From the UHGV virus genome UHGV-0072311: a stretch of 11,131 nucleotides of DNA. One strand, 5' to 3'. Shown here in pieces: positions 6,538 through 11,131 of this stretch (positions are counted from its first letter, which is position 1; each line of letters starts with the position of its first letter). The notes beneath the pieces are model-generated. The model was given only the letters and a program-made list of their open reading frames with translations. It was not told where the DNA came from and did not search any database. The DNA comes from a virus. Position numbers and translations under genes: made by a program.

Positions 6538-7278
6538 TCACATACCCTGACGTCCAACGTTTGACCGCCAGCTCTCCCAGTTAAAATTCACCCAACGACC
6601 ACCGTTCATGGTCATCCGGTCCATAATCCTCTCACCAAGAAGCGTGCTCATTGCGGCATGATTCAGGTTTGTCAGCATCCCGACACTGCGCAGTGATGCC
6701 GTCCGGCGGTCAACAATCTGGTGCAGTACCACCTGCTCGTTTTTCGTCTCACGCTGGATGCCAATTTCGTCAAGAACCAGGAGGTCCACTTCGCACAGTT
6801 CACGCAAAAATTTTTCCCCTGACAGTCCGTCGTCATAGCTGGCATGTAACGCGCTCATCACATCCGCCACGGTGACCACTATCACGGATTTACCGGCCTT
6901 CAGCAGACGATTACCCACAGCCGCCGCCAGATGATTTTTTCCGGTTCCCGGATTCCCGCTGAACACGAAGTTTGTATAACCGGTCATCAATTCATCGACA
7001 ATGGATTTCGCCTGGCTCAGAGCATGGCGCTGACCGTCGTTCTGCACCCGGTAGTTCCCGAATGAGCACTTCCTGTGAAGCGGCTGGATGCCCGAACGAT
7101 TCAGGATTTTTTCAACCCGCGTCTGGTGATTCTGGCGGTTAACTTCCTCGCTGCGCTTCCGGCCCTCAGCCAGTTGCCATTCCCGCCATTCGTCGGTCGT
7201 CCGGAACGGTGCTGCCACGTGCGGTGGTGCCAGACGGCGCACCCGTTCAAGAATCCCTCCTGTCGAAATGTTTTTCAT
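6538..7278 (-). CDS. DnaC-type replicative helicase loader (AAA+ ATPase, IstB-like)
   Basis: The product is closely similar along its length to my recollection of E. coli DnaC, including the Walker A motif GNPGTGKNHLAAAVG, the SGIQPLHRKCSFGNYRV region and the C-terminal MLTNLNHAAMSTLLGERIMDRM. SD GGGGG lies 8 nt upstream. Confidence 0.9.
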   Translation of the reverse strand: MKNISTGGILERVRRLAPPHVAAPFRTTDEWREWQLAEGRKRSEEVNRQNHQTRVEKILNRSGIQPLHRKCSFGNYRVQNDGQRHALSQAKSIVDELMTGYTNFVFSGNPGTGKNHLAAAVGNRLLKAGKSVIVVTVADVMSALHASYDDGLSGEKFLRELCEVDLLVLDEIGIQRETKNEQVVLHQIVDRRTASLRSVGMLTNLNHAAMSTLLGERIMDRMTMNGGRWVNFNWESWRSNVGRQGM

Positions 7279-7284
7279 GGCTGA

Positions 7285-8367
7285 TTACCCCCTGAAACCC
7301 GGCGGAATTTCGGTGTCCGGTTCAGAAATGTGATTCACGCAACGCAGGCTGACTGCGCCAGCCTTCGGCAGCGACCACGGATTTTCGAAATTCCTGTTCG
7401 GGCCAAAAAACGTCGATGCCTGCTGAACAAATTCAGTTCCCGCTTTCCCGGTAGCCTCCAGGTATCTTGCGTAACGCCTCACGCCATCCAGCACGACATC
7501 CGGTGACACCCCTTCGCGTAATCTGGCCCTCCAGGCATTGAACGCGGATTTCTTCGGGTTTGACCCTGCCCGATGCGGATATTCACGCCAGACCCGTTCG
7601 AACACGTCAGGATAATCAACTCGTCCCGCAGACGGTCCCGGCATCGCCCGGGTTAACCCAATCGGCTTCCCGCTCATCGCGGAATCGGCTTCAGGCTGCT
7701 GCGGTTGGCGTTGTTGCTCCGGTTCGACGATCAGCACCTGCTGCACACAACGCCCGGAATCTGCTTCCGGTGTCGTGCCATCTGGTCCTGGACGTTCAGT
7801 CAGAACAGGACAAAAATCCCCCTGTGGGTCCGTGGCGATTTTTTCGCCATGGACCAGAAGGGTTTTATCCCTTTCCTGTTCCTGTTCCTGTTCCTGTTCT
7901 TGGCTTGAAAGGGGCTCTGAAGGGGCTTCAATTTTCCGACATGATTCACGTCTGACATCCAGGTGGAAATCATCCTTATATCTATCATAAAAGGATGATA
8001 AAAAAGGATTTTCCAGCAACGCGGAATATTCATTTCTTACCCCAGCACAACGGTTATCGCCAGGTTTCAGCGATTCACCAACCTGCCATGCTGCCATTTC
8101 ATGCACCCATACAACCTCAGAATCATGGTCATAGCTGCAAAAACCAGCCTCGCAAGCCATTTGAAGCCCCTTAGAAGCCCCTTCAGGAGCAAGTCCGGTT
8201 TCGTGAGCAATGTACAAAACAGGCAGGTAATAAAGGCCCAGCATATTGGAATGAGGCGAGGTCATCATATACAACGCCACTACCATACATTCCGGACCAG
8301 ACTTCCTTAGTTTTCGCCCTGTATCGCCTAACCAGAACTGAGGTGAAATTGTTGCGTAATTACGCAT
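7285..8367 (-). CDS. Putative replication initiation / replisome-organiser protein (non-lambda-O type)
   Basis: The position (after the cII-like gene, directly before the DnaC-like loader with a 6-bp gap) matches the lambdoid O/P slot. The C-terminal motif FERVWREYPHRAGSNPKKSAFNAWRARL resembles the F..FW..YP.K..K..A..AW motif I recall from phage replication initiators. The gene contains an (EQ)n linker and AT-rich palindromic DNA. The family assignment is not verified. Confidence 0.6.
   Translation of the reverse strand: MRNYATISPQFWLGDTGRKLRKSGPECMVVALYMMTSPHSNMLGLYYLPVLYIAHETGLAPEGASKGLQMACEAGFCSYDHDSEVVWVHEMAAWQVGESLKPGDNRCAGVRNEYSALLENPFLSSFYDRYKDDFHLDVRRESCRKIEAPSEPLSSQEQEQEQEQERDKTLLVHGEKIATDPQGDFCPVLTERPGPDGTTPEADSGRCVQQVLIVEPEQQRQPQQPEADSAMSGKPIGLTRAMPGPSAGRVDYPDVFERVWREYPHRAGSNPKKSAFNAWRARLREGVSPDVVLDGVRRYARYLEATGKAGTEFVQQASTFFGPNRNFENPWSLPKAGAVSLRCVNHISEPDTEIPPGFRG
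7626..7718. repeat. Copy A of a ~70-bp direct repeat (copy B at 8398-8466); copy A carries a 23-bp internal insertion
   Basis: Seen in sequence: ccgcagacggtcccgg...aacccaatcggcttc...aggctgctgcggttgg(c/t)gttgttgct is shared at about 90 percent identity. Copy A lies inside the initiator coding sequence; copy B lies in the spacer upstream of it. Confidence 0.8.
7872..7899. repeat. Hexanucleotide microsatellite (CCTGTT)n, about 4.5 copies, encoding an (EQ)n linker on the - strand
   Basis: Seen in sequence: ttcctgttcctgttcctgttcctgttc at 7872-7899, translating to QEQEQEQEQE within the initiator protein. Confidence 0.9.
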
Positions 8368-8515
8368 AGTCCCCTCGCATACAAGATTTACTCCATACCG
8401 CAGACGGTCCCGGTATCTCCGGGATAACCCAATCGGCTTCAGGCTGCTGCGGTTGGTGTTGTTGCTGGCGAAATTCTTCCAGATGTGGCAGAATTATTCC
8501 CGTGTATTGCTCCAT
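8360..8515 (-). CDS. Small ORF (51 aa) between the cII-like gene and the initiator gene; possibly a remnant
   Basis: Translation is MEQYTGIILPHLEEFRQQQHQPQQPEADWVIPEIPGPSAVWSKSCMRGDYA. It spans repeat copy B, so part of the peptide mirrors residues inside the initiator. Its stop overlaps the initiator start and its SD is weak. It is below the ORF-track length cutoff. Confidence 0.3.
   Translation of the reverse strand: MEQYTGIILPHLEEFRQQQHQPQQPEADWVIPEIPGPSAVWSKSCMRGDYA
8398..8466. repeat. Copy B of the ~70-bp direct repeat (copy A at 7626-7718)
   Basis: See copy A. Copy B also contains the short palindrome CCCGG-TATCT-CCGGG. Confidence 0.8.
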
Positions 8516-8587
8516 GCCCTGCCTGAATATCAGATATTCATCAGGATTTGCTCAGAACGTCCGGCCCCAACCGGACGTTTTTTATTT
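8508..8587 (+). ncRNA. oop: oop-like antisense RNA overlapping the 3' end of the cII-like gene
   Basis: Seen in sequence: GGATTTGCTCAGAACG followed by a perfect 9-bp stem AACGTCCGG / CCCCAA / CCGGACGTT and TTTTTTATTTG at 8556-8587, with an upstream hairpin TGAATAT-CAG-ATATTCA at 8524-8540. Order and sequence closely resemble lambda oop RNA and its terminator as I recall them. The 5' end and promoter are not mapped. Confidence 0.6.
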
Positions 8588-8826
8588 GCATGAACGTTAA
8601 TGGCATGCTGGAAAGCCCGGCTGATCGGACTGATATCAGATGCCATCTGGAACGCGCATAAAATCGCCGCGATGTATCGCCAGTCGGTACGACTGACCTT
8701 CGATTCATGGCAGCCAATCATCTTTGCCAGTCCCCTTTGCGTCAGAGCTGACAGGTTGATGAGTAAATCTGTTTCTGCGCGATCAACGTCACGCTGTGAT
8801 AGTTTGCTGTAACTTGTTTGTGTCAT
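8530..8826 (-). CDS. cII: CII-family transcriptional activator (non-lambda allele)
   Basis: The position (first gene after cro/nutR) and the C-terminus ...ANKKRPVGAGRSEQILMNI resemble lambda CII (...TNKKRPAATERSEQIQMEF). The N-terminal two-thirds differ from lambda. An antisense oop-like terminator is embedded in the 3' end, as in lambda. Confidence 0.7.
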   Translation of the reverse strand: MTQTSYSKLSQRDVDRAETDLLINLSALTQRGLAKMIGCHESKVSRTDWRYIAAILCAFQMASDISPISRAFQHAINVHANKKRPVGAGRSEQILMNI

Positions 8827-8836
8827 TTCTTAATAT
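8804..8836 (+). promoter_or_regulatory. pRE-like promoter with a CII-box direct repeat (TTGC-N6-TTGT) and -10-like TAATAT
   Basis: Seen in sequence: TTGC (8804-8807), tgtaac, TTGT (8814-8817), then TAATAT at 8831-8836 followed by TTCC. This parallels lambda pRE (TTGC-N6-TTGC ... TAAGTAT TTCC), lies across the start of the cII-like gene and points toward cro and cI. Confidence 0.45.
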
Positions 8837-8911
8837 TTCCAATAGTGAATAGTTAGTTGAAAGGTATGCGTGGAAACGCATATGGCCTTAGTTGGTCAGA
8901 TATCTTGGGAC

Positions 8912-8957
8912 TCGCTTTGTCAGCGACGTAGGACGAATGTCCATTGTGAAAAGAGCG
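8912..8957 (-). promoter_or_regulatory. nutR-like site: boxA-like CGCTCTTTTC and boxB hairpin UCGCUGACAAAGCGA
   Basis: Seen on the - strand: boxA-like CGCTCTTTTC (rc of 8948-8957) just after the cro stop, and the hairpin TCGCTGACAAAGCGA (rc of 8912-8926). The GACAA loop in a 5-bp GC stem matches the P22-type boxB as I recall it, not lambda boxB. The 21-nt boxA-boxB spacing is longer than in lambda. Confidence 0.5.
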
Positions 8958-8964
8958 GTGTTAC

Positions 8965-9165
8965 TTATGCAGTTGTTTTTTTGTTACTTGGGAAGGGCTT
9001 TATTTCTTCCGCATAAACGCTTCCATCAGCGTTTATAGTTAAAAAAATCTTTCGGCCTGCATGAATGGCCTTGTTAATCGCGCTTTGATATACGCCGAGA
9101 TCTTTAGCCGTCTTGGTTTGCCCAAAGCGTATTGCATAATCTTTCAGGGTTATGCGTTGTTCCAT
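8965..9165 (-). CDS. cro: Cro repressor (lambda-type)
   Basis: 66-aa product essentially identical to lambda Cro as recalled ([64 protein letters not shown]). SD AAGGAGG lies upstream. Confidence 0.95.
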   Translation of the reverse strand: MEQRITLKDYAIRFGQTKTAKDLGVYQSAINKAIHAGRKIFLTINADGSVYAEEIKPFPSNKKTTA

Positions 9166-9191
9166 ACAACCTCCTTAGTACATGCAACCAT

Positions 9192-9255
9192 TATCACCGC
9201 TAGAGGTAAAATAGTCAACACGCACGGTGTTAGATATTTATCCCTTGCGGTGATA
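9192..9255. promoter_or_regulatory. Lambda right operator OR1-OR2-OR3 with divergent pR (- strand) and pRM (+ strand)
   Basis: Seen in sequence: the 17-bp operators at 9192-9208 (OR1, TATCACCGCTAGAGGTA), 9216-9232 (OR2) and 9239-9255 (OR3) match lambda operators. OR1 has one base (T at 9201) that differs from the lambda sequence I remember (C). Confidence 0.9.
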
Positions 9256-9262
9256 GATTTAA

Positions 9263-9979
<717 letters not shown>

Positions 9980-10010
9980 TTGTTTTATTTTTCACGTAAT
10001 AGGATGATTT

Positions 10011-10772
10011 ATGACACAGTTTCAACTTGCATTAATCGCTAGAGAAGTTGATGGAGAAGTCATCCATCTTCGCACCAAAGACGGATACATCAATGCCACC
10101 GCGATGTGCAAGTCTGCGGGGAAGCTACTTGCTGACTATACACGACTAAAAACAACACAAGATTTTTTTGATGAATTATCACGCGATATGGGGATTCCCA
10201 TATCGGAGTTAATTCAATCATTTAAAGGCGGAAGAGCAGAGAATCAAGGGACTTGGGTTCATCCAGACATCGCAATTAATTTAGCTCAGTGGCTATCTCC
10301 AAAATTTGCAGTGCAAGTATCGAGATGGGTGCGTGAGTGGATGTCAGGTGAAAGAGCGCCTGCCGAACTCCCTATCCACCTTAAGCGGTATATGACAAAC
10401 CGAGGCAGAGTTCCTCATACGCACTTTTCTATGCTTAATGAACTGACGTTTAACTTGGTTGCGCCACTTGAACAGGCCGGATATACGCTGCCAGAAAAAA
10501 TGGTCCCTGATATTTCAGAGGGTAGGGTTTTCTCGCAATGGCTCCGTGACAACCGGGGGGTTGAGCCGAAGACATTCCCAACATATAACCATGAGTACCC
10601 AGATGGCCGGACATTCCCGGTACGTCTATACCCAAACGAATATCTTGCAGATTTCAAACAACACTTCAACGAAGTGTGGCTGCCTCAGTACGCTCCTAAA
10701 TATTTTGCTGAACGAGACCAAAGGGCATTGACGTTGATTGAGAAAATCATGCTACCTGACCTTGATTCCTAA
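10011..10772 (+). CDS. KilA-N-domain protein in the cI operon, at the position lambda uses for rexA/rexB
   Basis: 253-aa ORF starting 32 bp after the cI stop with SD AGGA. The N-terminal ~115 aa fit the KilA-N pattern (GYINATAMCKSAGKLLADYTRLKTTQDFFDEL...GTWVHPDIAINLAQWLSPKFAVQVSRWV). I recognise no family for the C-terminal ~135 aa. A strong terminator follows. Confidence 0.75.
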   Translation: MTQFQLALIAREVDGEVIHLRTKDGYINATAMCKSAGKLLADYTRLKTTQDFFDELSRDMGIPISELIQSFKGGRAENQGTWVHPDIAINLAQWLSPKFAVQVSRWVREWMSGERAPAELPIHLKRYMTNRGRVPHTHFSMLNELTFNLVAPLEQAGYTLPEKMVPDISEGRVFSQWLRDNRGVEPKTFPTYNHEYPDGRTFPVRLYPNEYLADFKQHFNEVWLPQYAPKYFAERDQRALTLIEKIMLPDLDS

Positions 10773-10780
10773 ATGTTATT

Positions 10781-10807
10781 CCCGGCCACAGAGCCGGGTT
10801 TTCTTTG
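10781..10807 (+). terminator. Intrinsic terminator ending the cI operon (timm-equivalent)
   Basis: Seen in sequence: CCCGGC-CACAGA-GCCGGG (10781-10798) followed by TTTTCTTTG. Confidence 0.7.
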
Positions 10808-10958
10808 CCTCACCCCCCCCACCTAAAGACACATAACCAAATGTATTTATTGAAAAATAAATAGATACAACTCACTAAACATCGCAATTCAGATCTCTCG
10901 ATCACCTCCCAAGCCACTCAACCCTGCAAAAAATAAATCCATATAAAAAACATACAGA

Positions 10959-11027
10959 TAACCATCTGCGGTGATAAATTATCTCTGGCGGTGTTGACAT
11001 AAATACCACTGGCGGTGATACTAAACA
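10959..11027 (+). promoter_or_regulatory. Lambda left operator OL3-OL2-OL1 with promoter pL (-35 TTGACA, -10 GATACT), oriented toward the window end
   Basis: Seen in sequence: ACCATCTGCGGTGATAAATTATCTCTGGCGGTGTTGACATAAATACCACTGGCGGTGATACT matches lambda OL/pL as recalled. The N-leader begins downstream, and the window ends before any N gene. Confidence 0.9.
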
Positions 11028-11090
11028 CATCAGCAGGACGCACTACTCACCAGGGCGGTGAATATACAACGATTCAAATATGAATCTACG

Positions 11091-11105
11091 GCGCTGACAA
11101 AGCGC
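11091..11105 (+). promoter_or_regulatory. nutL boxB hairpin GCGCUGACAAAGCGC (P22-type)
   Basis: Seen in sequence: a perfect 5-bp stem with a GACAA loop in the pL leader. It is identical to the P22 boxB-left sequence as I remember it and has the same loop as the nutR hairpin at 8912-8926. No clear CGCTCTTA-type boxA was found upstream. Confidence 0.55.
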
Positions 11106-11131
11106 AATAACCAAAGTGAACTTTGGGGTGT

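Noticed and set aside
5760-7284. + strand ORFs 5760..6008, 6369..6584, 6651..6875 and 7075..7284
   Set aside because: These are antisense shadow ORFs within the 256-aa and DnaC-like genes.
7560-8310. ORFs 7560..7955 (+), 7705..7908 (+), 7775..7990 (+), 7800..8033 (-) and 8101..8310 (+) inside the initiator gene
   Set aside because: These are alternative-frame or antisense ORFs. Several arise from the hexamer repeat and produce low-complexity peptides such as FLFLFL, SCSCSC and NRNRNR.
8600-8812. + strand ORF 8600..8812 antisense to the cII-like gene
   Set aside because: It is a shadow ORF, and the region is better explained by the pRE-like promoter and cII.
8866-8883. Hairpin ATGCGT-GGAA-ACGCAT between nutR and cII as a possible tR1
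   Set aside because: There is no U-tract, and lambda tR1 is Rho-dependent. I cannot assign it from sequence alone.
10415-10731. ORFs 10415..10669 (-), 10450..10635 (-) and 10459..10731 (+) inside the KilA-N gene
   Set aside because: These are alternative-frame or antisense ORFs within the longer, RBS-supported gene.

Overview
This window looks like the immunity, replication and nin/Q region of a lambdoid prophage, shown in the opposite orientation to the conventional lambda map. All calls are from reading the sequence and recalled protein families; no searches were run. A near-lambda immunity core sits at 8965-11030: cro (-), the OR1-3/pR/pRM operators, cI (+) and OL1-3/pL. The flanking modules are mosaic: the boxB elements at nutR and nutL are GACAA-loop hairpins that I recall as P22-type, the CII-like gene is not lambda cII, and replication uses a non-lambda initiator plus a DnaC-type helicase loader. 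The rightward-operon genes run on the - strand from cro down to NinG and a QuuD-like Q antiterminator, ending with a pR'-like promoter and a short terminated transcript. Three accessory loci stand out. (1) A KilA-N-domain gene sits where lambda carries rexA/rexB, in the cI operon and followed by a strong terminator. (2) A + strand island is embedded in the - strand nin region: a HigB/Gp49-like toxin and HTH antitoxin pair, plus a zinc-ribbon/DUF4145 (HEPN-like) protein whose start codon overlaps head-to-head with a divergent 81-aa ORF. (3) Two antirepressor-like genes (ORF6N-type and Rha/KilAC-type) lie upstream of ninG. I also see an oop-like antisense RNA inside the cII 3' end, a CII-box pRE candidate, a candidate origin inside the initiator gene, and a ~70-bp duplication linking the initiator to the upstream spacer. 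No integrase, att site, tRNA, CRISPR array or lysis gene was found in the window.
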